Under the pieces are notes generated by a model. It was given only the letters and a program-made list of their open reading frames with translations. It did not search any database and had not been told where the DNA came from. Positions 1 to 12,200 of a stretch of 64,000 nt of DNA are shown here, in pieces. Position numbers and translations under genes: made by a program. How positions within the stretch are numbered: position 1 is the stretch's first letter; each line of letters opens with the position of its first letter. The DNA is from Lingula anatina (lineage: Eukaryota; Animalia; Brachiopoda), in the NCBI GenBank assembly GCA_051362555.1, contig CM120640.1:65512788-65576787 (forward strand), written 5' to 3'.

Positions 1-304
1 GCCTAACGGTTTTCCTTAAAATGTGTTTACAGGGTTGCATATATGCTGAAAAGTGATAAAACAGCATAACTTCTACAATAATGGCCCGATCATGCTGATT
101 TTCGAACTTGACCTGCGTTTTATGAATATTCATCAGCTCTGTAAATATAAAAGCAAAAAATTAAACTGTGTTCCACTTATCGTGTTTACAGTGAAAGTGC
201 ACGGCGACGGCATTGCCATCGGCATCGGCATCGGCATCGGCGACGACGGCGACGACAGACGCAGGTGATGGCAATATGTACAGACACATCTGTGTCTGTA
301 CATA
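1..304 (+). mobile_element. End of a non-autonomous Helentron/HINE-like element, truncated by the window edge; a different family from the 146-bp-array element
   Basis: GC-rich microsatellite (GGCATC)n/(CGA)n at ~203-258, then a perfect 14-bp-stem hairpin TATGTACAGACACA-TC-TGTGTCTGTACATA (275-304), then an A-run. Microsatellite + hairpin + A/T flank is the typical DINE/HINE end architecture. Confidence 0.6.
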
Positions 305-437
305 AAAAATCCAGTATAATTTTATATATTCAGACACATATATGAGATATATTATGAAGTGTTTCTACAACATGTTTGTTCCCTTTAATTTCTACACATG
401 CCAAAAAAAATTTATATTTATAACAAGAAATTCTTAC

Positions 438-3400
438 CTCATTTAAAGCATTGGCCCAGATTTTAACAGATGGTCCAGCCTCCACGAAGAAATGATCAAC
501 ATGGTCTGGATACTCTGCAATGATTTACAGTATCATTATCTATATAACAGCTTAAGTCTGTAGGAACACAGGATTTGTACTTAGTATCTCAGAATAAGAT
601 GTTAAGCATGGTTTAGCAAAAGGTAAAAAATGCTGTCAAGAGAGAAATAAAGATTAACTTTTCTTTTTTCCAAGTGGAAATGTGGTAAATTGCTTCAAAA
701 CTCATCAAAAATATTGTCAGGTATTATTCAGCATCTCTTTGCAACTAGGCATTCATAAGGTATACTGACACATAATTCTTATGTAATCTCTATATTTCTA
801 TGGTTGATCCCAAATCAAGAAAATAAATTTGCTGAGTTCTATCAAATTAAAGGTAAAGTGTCAAAGGAGAGGATGTATCTCCAACAATTACCAAGGTGAC
901 ACCTAATTACATGCAATACAAGGAAATATGTGCCAAGTTCTACTGTAATTGCTTTGCAATATAACAATATTGAGAGCAGAAAATTTGACCATATCCCAGA
1001 AACGTATCTGATGCTCACACTGGTCTAGTTGATTTTATCAGTGGAAAAAAGATTCCATCAACCATGAATTAGTTGTTTATTTCTTTTAAATGACACAAAG
1101 TAGCATGAAAAAAGTGTCCCAAAGTTGGCAGATTAGTTCTTGTATGTCTTGAGGAACATAACTGATACCTTGATCATGAACGCTTTCATGTGATCTCCTT
1201 TTATGTGAACTCTCTCTGTGCGTGCATGCGTGTGTGCATGCATGCGTGCATGTGTGTGCGCGTGCATGCATATATACCATTACATGCATGCAAGTACCCC
1301 AGCTCTATCCTGACACTACCATTCTGCTCATACAAAAAGTCCTACCTTGTGGACATGTGAGTCTAAATTCATGTTCTCCATCCAGGAGGAAGCACAGCAC
1401 CACAGTCCCCTCCTCATTGCACTGGATCTGAAGAAACACAGCCCACAAATTATCAATAATAATAATAACTAGAGGATCAGAGAGGCGATACCGCCTCCGA
1501 ATATTGTACCACCAGCTGGAGCAAGCGCATTCGTATAGACCCCCACATACACAAAATAAGGGGTGCAGCCACCAGTCTTGTGCTTGACAAGCTGTAAAAA
1601 TGCAATCAACAAGAATTTTCAAAATATGCAAAAAATATATATAACTAAAAATGGTGCAATCAAAGTTAAGTTCATTGTAAGGTAGGTCAAAGGTCAATTT
1701 CAAGGTCACAGTAAATTGCCAGTATATGACTTCCTATCCAACTTCAATAGTAACTATGGACCTATCTCTGCCAGTTTTGGAGATAAAAGGGAAGCAAAAT
1801 TTGCAAAGTTCAGTTCATGGTGAAAAGTAGGTCAAAGGTCAATTTCAAGGTCACAGTAAGATTGCCAGTATATGACTTCCTATTCAACTTCAATAGTAAC
1901 TATGGACCTATCTCTGCCAGTTTTGGAGATAAAAGGGAAGCAAAATTTGCAAAGTTCAGTTCATGGTGAAAAGTAGGTCAAAGGTCAATTTCAAGGTCAC
2001 ATTTAGATTGCCAGTATATGACTTCCTATTCAACTTCAATAGTAACTATGGACCTATCTCTGCCAGTTTTGGAGATAAAAGGGAAGCAAAATTTGCAAAG
2101 TTCAGTTCATGGTGAAAAGAAGGTCAAAGGTCAATTTCAAGGTCACAGTAAAATTGCCAGTATATGACTTCCTATGCAAGTTCAATAGTAACTATGGACC
2201 TATCTCTGCCAGTTTTGGAGATAAAAGGGAAGCAAATTTTGCAAAGTTCAGTTCAAGGTGAAAAGTAGGTCAAAGGTCAATTTCAAGGTCACAGTAAGAT
2301 TGCCAGTATATGACTTCCTGTTCAACTTCAATAGTAACTATGGACCTATCTCTGCCAGTTTTGGAGATAAAAGGGAAGCAAAATTTGCAAAGTTCAGTTC
2401 ATGGTGAAAAGTAGGTCAAAGGTCAATGTCAAGGTCACAGTAAGATTGCCAGTATATGACTTCCTATTCAACTTCAATAGTAACTATGGACCTATCTCTG
2501 CCAGTTTTGGAGATATAAGGGACTAAATGTTATAATTTTGGAGTTACCATAATGTGCCATAAATTTCCTACAGAAAAAATTAATTAAAATAAAGAAAAGG
2601 TCATTTTGGTCAAAGTTCTTGAAATGGGAGGTTCTCTGAAGTTGCAGAAGTTTAAATTTGATAAAATAATGTCATTTTTGACCACAAGTTGTCTGCTTTG
2701 CCAAGCATTATGTTTTATTTTTCTGGAGTTCAAAATTTATTATCCATTACCGTACTGCACATTTTTACGGAAGCCGACTGGTGCCATATGTTGAAAAAAA
2801 AAATTATCTCGAAATTTCGAGATAGCATTTTTTTTGTTCAAATTTCAAAATACTATCTCGAAATTTCGAGATAAATTTTTTTGCTCAAATATCAAAATGC
2901 TATCTCGAAATTTCGAGATAATTTTTTTTTTGTTCAAATTTCAAAATGCTATCTCGAAATTTCGAGATAAAAAATTTTTTTGTTCAAATTTCAAAATAGT
3001 ATCTCGAAATTTCGAGATAATTTTTTTTTCTACATATGGCACCAGTCGGCTTCCGTACATTTTCCTTTCACCACCAATATGTACTTTCTGATACAGCGTA
3101 ACTCGAAAACCGTATGGAATACAAAAAAACCGAGACCACCTCCAGTGTTGGGCTTTACATGCTCTACAAAATGCAAAAAAGAATGGGTCTCTAGCATTAA
3201 CGGTTCCCGAATTAGAGACAGTTTTCAGTTTCGGTATCTTATGGCCGCTACTCCTGTGAAAATGCACCGATTGACCCCAAATTCACGGAGATGAAAGATG
3301 ACCTGAAGGGTAACACTTTCCAATAATATTATTGGTTAAGTCTGTGTGGCGTCTGAATAACAGGGCAAAAAATTTTTTTTTCGTAAAAAATTTCATTTTT

Positions 3401-6400
3401 TTGAAAATTTTGACCCATTTGACCTTGAAGTAAAGGTCAAAGGTCAAATCCGAGGGTATATTTGAAATCTACACATATGACTTTTGGAAAGCCGTCTATA
3501 GAAATTTTTCCTGTAACTCCTTCTGTAGGGTAGATAATTAGCATTTAATTTTGCCATTTTTAGACAAGGGTGCATTGCAATGAGTGCCACACCCAGACCC
3601 CAATACCGACAAAGCCCAAATTTTACGTGGAACGAGTTGAGATTATAGGTGACCTAAATCCATGATATGGGTACGGGGGCCCTTACCGTCTAGGAGGAGA
3701 AGCGGTAACGGTAACATGGCGGCGGAGCCGGCGGAACGGACCGGACGGGACCGAAACCATGTGTACCGCCAGCGCTAACGCTGGTGGTAAATTTTTTTGT
3801 TCAAATTTCAAAATAGTATCTCGAAATTTCGGCACCAGTGGGCTTCCGTACATTTTCCTTTCACCACCAATATGTACTTTTTGATACAGCGTAACTCGAA
3901 AACCGTATGGAATACAAAAAAACCGAGACCACATCCAGTGTTGGGCTTTACATGCTCTACAAAATGCAAAAAAGAATGGGTCTCTAGCATTAACGGTTCC
4001 CGAATTAGAGACAGTTTTCAGTTTCGGTATCTTATGGCCGCTACTCCTGTGAAAATGCACCGATTGACCCCAAATTCACGGAGATGAAAGATGACCTGAA
4101 GGGTAACACTTTCCAATAATATTATTGGTTAAGTCTGTGTGGTGTCTGAATAACAGGGCAAAAAATTTTTTTTTCGTAAAAAATTTCATTTTTTTGAAAA
4201 TTTTGGCCCATTTGACCTTGAAGTAAAGGTCAAAGGTCAAATCCGAGGGTATATTTGAAATCTACACATATGACTTTTGGAAAGCCGTCTGTAGAAATTT
4301 TTCCCGTAACTCCTTCCATAGGGTAGATAATTAGCATTTAATTTTGCCATTTTTGGACAAGGGTGCATTGCAATGAGTGCCACACCCAGACCCCAATACC
4401 GACAAAGCCCAAATTTTACGTGGAACGAGTTGAGATTATAGGTGACCTAAATCCATGAGATGGGTATGGGGGGCCTTACCGTCTAGGAGGAGAAGCGGTA
4501 ACGGTAGTCGTCCGGCGGAGCCGGCGGAGCCGGCGGAGCCGGCGGAACGATCCGGACGAGACCGAAACCATGTGTACCGCCAGCGCTAACGCTGGTGGTA
4601 CAATAATACTGCCAACAGTAATTTTCACAATCGAACATATAGCCAAATATAAAACCTAATTTATAGTGGAAAAATTGTTTTAGTGATGACACATAAACAC
4701 ACACACAAAAAAATCTGACAAGTTAGATTTGTAAAATTTAATAAAACTGTTACTATCTAGAAAGTTACAACTCCTCCTGTAATATGATGTGCATGTAAAT
4801 AAGGTCTTTACATATGAAAGGAAAAAGAATCTTCCTATATTCAGGTTAATCTTGTCATCACAATGTTTTTTCCTGTCTGTACACAAAACTCTGATGTACT
4901 GATACTCAAATCAACAGAGCTACATGTATGACTCACTTTTTTTTTATTATCTACAGTATAAGGTTCAATTCTTTTTGGTATAATTCCACAAGGTACAATC
5001 CTATAGCATGCACTGTACAATTTCAATAACTTGAATAAGTAATGATGATAGATTGAAACCAAAGCTCTATTCTTATTGAGAACATTTATTAGTAGCAATT
5101 TGGCAAAGAACTTGTTATATCTGCTGCAGAGCTATTGTCTTGACAACTTATGCTCTTGACAGTAGGGACCTAGCATTTTGCTACCATTTCAAGCTAAATG
5201 AAGAACAATTCTCACACCAAAGGACATGGCATTTATTTATTGATTTACTGACATATACTCATCTCATCTACAGCTGTAGTTGTACATCTTAAGCCAATGA
5301 GACAAAAAAAGACCACGTAGAAAAAGGTCTCTCAAAATGTCTTTAAAGTTTCTTCAGAAACCTGGTATCTACTCATTTTTAAACCCACGTTAGCAACTGC
5401 ATTGCCTGTTGTTATGAAAAGCTTCATATTAACATTCAGTTACCAACTTTGCAGGTGTGAGCCCAGGCATAACTAAAATGACACAAAGAACATGCTCAAT
5501 GATTCTATTAATAGCTATATAATATTACTCAGATCTGTGACATCATGTGTACCCAGGTGTTCACTTCATTATCCATATCAATCAACACCTGCTGATGAAC
5601 TGTCCATCTCTATTACAAAAGAAAATATTCTGCCTTTAAGTATTAAGGAGTTTGATAGATTATAGCAGGCCTACAATTCCTTTTATATAAATTTTTTTCA
5701 AAATCTTTAAATTAATGCAATAAAAATAAATACTTTAGGAGTAAGAAGTCCACTTTTTTATTTATTAATTTATATATTATTATTTTTTGCCCACCACCCC
5801 AATTACGCACACAGAGTACTTAAGCCCTTATTGTCAACTTTGCTGCTAAGTAAACTGGTGTGAGATAACTCAGTAACTAACTTTAAAGACATTATCATGA
5901 AAATTGGCTTTTTGGACGACTAGGGTGTAAACTACAACCTGTGCCATCACTTGGATAAATACCTTTTTGAACAAGATAAAAGCCCTTAATAACAATGTTT
6001 TATTAAATAAAGAAGTTAGCCTTTCAAGAGAATTTCCTGGTATTACAAGCAGTACTTATTGTTGTGATGTAATAGGCATTAAAACAGTGTTGCTACATGT
6101 GGCTGTTCAGGTAAGGGAGTTTGTTTGAAATCAATATTAGTTTTCACCTCTAAAAGTGCTGTTATGTCAACAGCTCATATAAGCACATTCCCCCTGATGC
6201 TTTTTTGATGTGTCTGCTTATCTCATGACATGACAAAGTTTATTTCTGTATTATCTAAACGAATAGGGAAAAAAATTATGTTCAAATCCTCCTTAAAAAT
6301 GCTATTTACAGGATCTTCTTACGATTCTTTGTTTTCATTATAATAATTTCAAATGTCCTAGCTATTTGTATTCTTCTTTAAATCAGCTTTTCTTTCACAT

Positions 6401-7317
6401 TTATATCTTTTCTTCCACATTTATTTAATTTTCTTAAATTAAAATAAAAAACTAATTATATTTTTGCATAAAATATTTCTTAAACTTGTATCTCTTATTT
6501 TCCACTCTAAAATTTGAAAAAAAGGGCATTAGTGTTAACTTAAAGATCAGGTATTATTACAGAATTTGTCACAAGAACAATTCTTAAATACTAAGGTAAT
6601 TAAGTATTTGTTTAACTAGTTCAGATTTTAAAGAAGAAGGTAAGACTGTTCAAAATGTGCTGTAGCAACACATTTTTCAAATAAATACACAATCTACAGT
6701 ATGTTCTTTACCTGCAGACCTAGAATTACCAATCAGATAAAATTTTTCGAGCTATCAACATCAGTGTCATTGGCTAGGCATTAAGCCCCAAAACAATGGG
6801 ATAAACTGTGGGACATGAATCAAAATATTCATCTTTTCTCACCAAGAATATGAAGCTCCTTCAGAAGAAGGGTGGTTGGGATGTGGGGGAGGGGGAGGGG
6901 GCTAATCATGCGAAATGAAAGTTGAAACCCATTAATACAACAAAACTGGAAACTGAAGTGGATCTAATTTAGCAAATAAAACGGAAAAAAATGTATAAAA
7001 AGGGGTGTTCATCGTATACTTATATGTTTTGATAATGTGTGGTTGTAAGCTGTGGGATATGCAGTTTGTACTTTCTGTCAGTTTACTCGTGAATGACTCT
7101 TCAGGAAGAATGACAAAAGTCAAATCAGCTGACGTCGTTCTTTTACATCATAACTCTTACCTCCAAACGCTGTTAAAAACTATTCATTATTGGTGCAAAG
7201 ACTGAATCACATACTTACTTCTAACAGAAATATGGTTTCGCTGGCATTTTCTGCCTGCCATTCCTCAAATTCTCGGATAAAATTTTCCCGAGGATTTAGC
7301 TCCTTGCATGCTGCCAT
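438..7317 (-). CDS. Unidentified spliced protein-coding gene, first three coding exons; continues beyond the left edge
   Basis: Exons 7317-7219, 1427-1346 and 514-438 have GT/AG boundaries and consistent phases (0,1,0). They give MAACKELNPRENFIREFEEWQAENASETIFLLE-IQCNEEGTVVLCFLLDGEHEFRLTCPQ-EYPDHVDHFFVEAGPSVKIWANALNE. The PxxYP turn is RWD/UBC-fold-like (inference). No gene name recognised. Confidence 0.75.
1684..2521 (+). repeat. Tandem array of about six 146-bp units inside element A
   Basis: Units start with AGGTCAAAGGTCA at 1684, 1829, 1975, 2121, 2267 and 2413. Confidence 0.95.
2766..3057. mobile_element. MITE with TACGG..CCGTA termini and 6-bp TSD (IS3EU-like), nested in element A
   Basis: TIR TACGGAAGCCGACTGGTGCCATATGT / ACATATGGCACCAGTCGGCTTCCGTA. 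CATTTT is duplicated at 2760-2765 and 3058-3063. The empty site is present in element B (~24366-24371). The interior has five perfect 20-bp palindromes TATCTCGAAATTTCGAGATA. TAY..RTA ends with a 6-bp TSD are described for IS3EU. Confidence 0.85.
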
Positions 7318-9244
7318 TTTTCTATAAACAATGTCGATTATTACCTCCATATTTAGAGAGTTTCAGCATCTTGGCAAGTGAAGTGCATATGCCGCTCATT
7401 GCAGCAGGCTTTTCTGTATTTCAGACTTGTTTTGTAATCATTGGTAGTCTTTAAAATGCAGTAAGTATACTATTCAAATGAACACCTGCATGTGTTTCCA
7501 AGTAAGAAATAAATTAATGATAAATGAAAAAATTCGTAGTTTCATTCTTGATGCTTCAGAGGCTAGCCTACTGCAGTACATACAGTACTGCCAGTGGTAA
7601 ATATTTATTACGTTATTAAGGTCCACTCATGTTTTTGTTTTTCTAATAATGCTAGATACTTGGAATTTGGTGCACAGATAGCCACACATATGCACATGTA
7701 TGATTATTAATAAGCCTCATTTAGAACAAAAGATATTGAAGTGGAACATACCATTTACTATGTACCCGTACGTGCCATTTTTAAGAGGTTACAGTTTGTA
7801 TTTTTAAAAATTAGTAAAAAGTTGCTTAACTTGATTTTTAACCCTTAGGTCTATATATGTTAAAGACACTCGAAATATGTTACAATTATAGGAGCTGGGA
7901 ATGAGCACAGTTTCAATTCTGGTTTACGATTTACTCAAACAGAGAGAAATGCTTGTGATATAAGTAAAGTAAAGTAAAGTGAATTAAAGAATTTTTTATG
8001 TAGGCAATTATGGTAAAATTAAATTGATACAATTTTGCCCTAAAGCTTTATACACTTGACCTATAGGCTAACATTAATAACATATTGGGGAATTAGGAAG
8101 GGACAAATATTCACCCCCTCCCCCTCTCAAAAAAATAGCAAGAAAAAAAAAGTAAGAAAAAAATGCCCAAAATTTCCTTTTCTTTGTTCATATACTTGAG
8201 ATGTCTTACAAAACTTCAACCAAACTAAATGGAACTGTTTCATGCCTTCAGCTGACCTTCACACCTGACTGCACGAACAACAAAAACTGATCAATAACTG
8301 ATCGTTATTCTGATTTATTATTATTTTCCTCACAATCTATAGTGATCAAACAGTGTGCAAAATTAACGATAGTCTATGCATTAGATTTTCAATGTAGGGC
8401 CATCAGGTCATATCAGGTGAAAACTGATGCAATATACATTTTTGGCATGATGATATATGTTGGTGTGTAAATTAATAATTAAAAATTATTCTTTTTTTAT
8501 GAAGCTTAGTATTATGTGCAAGTATGCCGGAAGTATTTACCTAGTATAAGGTATTTACATATTCAAGGTGATTTTATACAGAAAAAAATAAGACGTCCTT
8601 AGCATGGTGCTAGTTTCTTTCATCTTTTGATTTCATCTTTTTCCTGACCTATAGATATGTTTGTTATCTTGTTGCCTTAACTTAATACATCTGTATGTAA
8701 GTGTATGCCCACTTAAATCTTTTGGCTACACCCTAACTTTTTGCTGCAGGAAAAGTACTCATTAAAGACTATAGCAATATATTGCTTACTCTCAAAACAC
8801 TGCTAAAGACATTTAGGTGATATTTTCCAGTCCAAAGGAACTTTTATGCAGTACTTTATTTCAACGGCTGTGATTGATTTTCTCTCTTTTAATTTTTCCC
8901 TGTACAGGCCTAGGAGGGGCAGGTTATCTGTATCAAGGATAATAGGCTTACAGTGCATGCATGCACCCATGCTTGGGGCACAAATATAGAATTTTCCCGC
9001 ACTAGAAATATTGGCAGCACCAATGTCAATAATTGTTACAGACTGATCCAGTGAACTGTACTCAAAAGTATTGTTTCATGGTGCTGCTATCGATTTTTTT
9101 TCTGTTTGTTTTAAAGATCATCTGCTTCCAATAGATGTGTCAGATGCTGAGTGTGGCACCACAGGAATGATGTCACGCATGTGCTCCGTGTGATAGTGAC
9201 AACAGCTACTGGTATGTGATAACTGCGTGGTGAACACAAGCCAA

Positions 9245-12200
9245 ATGGACAACTTAAATTCAGGTAAATGTTTGCTGCTTGTCCTTCTGTTGGTAAATTG
9301 CTATAGTGGGTCAATCAAGTTGTAATTAGGCAACTTTTGGAAAAATATGGATTGAAAACATTGTATACTGGTGAACTGTACATTTTGCGGGCATTATTTT
9401 TTCTTTCATATCATACTGCAATAGTTTTATGTTTAGCAAAGAGAAAAAATGTGAGTGAGGCATCTTGCAAGGATAATGCTTGCAGTTCCAACTCAACCAA
9501 CAAGTGTGGAGAGTAGAGAAAATGTCAAATTCATGGCTACACCTGTATTATTGAACTGTACCTGTGTGGGTTTATGTATGTAGGGTTCAGATTAGTCTAT
9601 TATTAGTCATTATAATCCTGTTGGAAATGTGTCTTTGCACCTGCATGCTTTGCTTATTTATTTATTTATTTATTTATTTATTTCACCAAGGAGGTCATGT
9701 TTTTGCTTTTGATGGTCTGTTTAATATTATAGTTAACAGCTTAACTCAAGAAGTTATGGACAGATTTTAAAAACATATTTATTATAGGTCAGAATTACTA
9801 GTATGCTAAATTAGAGTCTATTAGAAATTGGTAGTTATCGATTAGTAAATAAGTAATAATGATGAGCACTGAGTTGCCTTAGCAGAGGTTTTTGCTCTCT
9901 GAGAGCTTTTCTAGTTTATTTATTTATTTATACTCCAAAGAACTTAAAGTATACTCTTGATTGGCACCTTGAATTGGCCATTTCAAATGTGTCTTCAGAT
10001 AAATCAGGCGTTATTTGTGAAACCTGTTCTAGTAGGAGCTTGGCTGTAAAAGCATCATTACACTCTCTTGAAACTTGGACTAGTAAGAGCTTGGCTTTAA
10101 AAGCACCATTACATGCTCTCATGAAAATCAATGGCATTGATTTCAAGCAGATGCCTCTTGCTCTTTTTCATAAAGTAAAGAGCTGGGGGTATTGGTGCGT
10201 GTTTTTTCCTGTAAATGACATGACTGTAGGGGCTTTCTATCCAAAACAATCCATAGAAACCAAACATCTCCATGCTACTGCCATGAACATATAGACAGAT
10301 TTTAGAATGGAGATGCCCAATTTCTTTTGGTGATCTTCAGCTGATCACCCTATCACCTCCCCATGATCTCCACTTTGGAAATCTTTTGACTGCCAGGATC
10401 ATAAGATAGAAAGGCATCTTTTTAATTTGATATATCCTGGTTTCATATGAACTATCACTCATTTTAATATACTGCAGGTGTTGTATCACCTGGTTTGATG
10501 TATTATATAATTATCACTCTGTTATGCAGTATGTTTTATATCAGGGGGATATAATGTATAAACTATGTACATCAATGGGCTAACTCTTGGGTAATATTTA
10601 TTATTGCTGAATTAAAATTTAAAACAAAATGAATGATATATTTGTCTAAAAGTGGTAAATTTTCCAGTGTAAGTATTATTAGAGCTTATGTATTTTATAT
10701 GTTATATGCCACCATGTGCTTTGACATTTACTCATATTGGATATATCACTGGAGTTGGCTTTACTGTGTACTATGTGTTTCATATTGGATTATTCTGTGC
10801 GTAGTGTATTAATTATTTTAATGTCACCTGCAATGATGTTTTGTAGGCTCCCCTACTGCAGGATATCAGCATCAAGTCAGATTTCAAGATGGAGAAAATA
10901 TCCGTGAGTTTTACACCACAAGTTGTGGTTATTTCGGTCAATTTTTTTTCCACTAGTATCATTTGATTATGGAGAAAATTATATTGTCGGCAAGTCTGGT
11001 GAGTCATACTCAGAGTTTAAGTATGTTGATGTCATATTAATGTTTCATTTTGGCATTTAAAGGAAGAAAAGCCTGGAGCATATGTATAATCATTGAACTC
11101 GTTTGTAAAGCCTGCAAGGTAACCTTTAAATGTAATGCACATGAGCCCCTTTGATGACTGTTAAGTTGCTCTCAGGTAATCCACAAAAAGCAGCTTGCAA
11201 TAGTTAGGGTTAAGTAATGTAAATTATAGACATACATTTAAGCCTTTTTAAATTAACACAGAGGCATTTGAGGTAGCTGTAATTTGCTGTAAGGATAATG
11301 TTGACATATTGATTGCAGTCATTTGTGGTAGTAAGACTGTTTGTGTATAGTTCTGCTTCTGGGGGTGGGGGAGTGGGGCTTCCTTTATGGTAATATCTGC
11401 TGAACATTTTTTTTTTTTGGACATAGTCTTATTCGACTTCATTATTTAGCTTTAGGCATAACCCATGTGTTACCAGGCTGGGCTTGTGTTTACTGTATTA
11501 TTGTTTTAATTATTATTATTTTGTTGTTGATATTGTTAAAATGACTATATTTATTTTAATCTGTTTTTAGAAAAAGGAAAAAGTATTATATTACCATTTC
11601 GTTACTGAAGAATCTTCCTTGAAAATTTGAAAGGCTTGGCAAATTAATATAGCAAATTGTTGTTGAACTTAATCTAAACAGGATGAAAATAAAAACATCT
11701 TTAGATGAATTGGGGACTATCAGTAAAAAAAAGAAAAAAGGGAAAAAAATTAAGTAGTTATAATTCTACACATAACTGTGTTGTGATATTTGCAGCCTGG
11801 AGTCCCAAATTCAAGCCTAGTCTTGCAGAACTTCAGTCAGTGTTGCACACCACCGAGTCTGAGAATGAGCATTATGTGCCACATCCTTCCCAGTTTGAAA
11901 AGTTTAGAGGTTACGAGTATGTGCCTCACGTGGAAGATGATGGTGAGTGATGATCACTGTATTTTTAAGACTTTGATTATCAACTTTTCATATTGTATGG
12001 ATATGTAAGTCTTTTGTTACTATACATATTGGTAACCTTGTTCTTCATTACCTCTGTTTCAAGCCTATGCGGCCACTGTTCCGCCACCCAAGTTTATAGA
12101 CATTGTTGGCTCCAGGGAGAAGCCAAAGGAGGAGTATGGAGGGTGAGTGAAATGGATATTCTGCAGGCACTTTGGTATAAAAAAAGGGAAACTTACTTTC

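Larger units (their letters stand above)
1468..4602. mobile_element. Helitron/Helentron-like non-autonomous element, copy A, with a nested MITE and a duplicated distal end
   Basis: Left end is ACTAG plus hairpin GAGGCGATACCGCCTC (hairpin + CTAG on the minus strand). Subterminal ATTGTACCACCAGC is the inverted complement of the right-end hairpin arm GCTGGTGGTACAAT. Contains an internal 146-bp array and (CCGGCGGAG)n before the right hairpin. Inserted into an (AAT)n tract with no TSD. Homologous to 23073-25134 and 28960-30982. Confidence 0.85.

Noticed and set aside
2805-3019. CRISPR-like array of palindromic repeats with spacers
   Set aside because: The spacers are near-identical rather than unique, the array sits inside TIRs with a TSD, the context is eukaryotic, and there are no cas genes.
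2606-4087. Cluster of 60-125 aa ORFs on both strands
   Set aside because: They derive from the repeat element and MITE, recur with different breakpoints in copies A and B, and show no Rep, helicase or transposase motifs.
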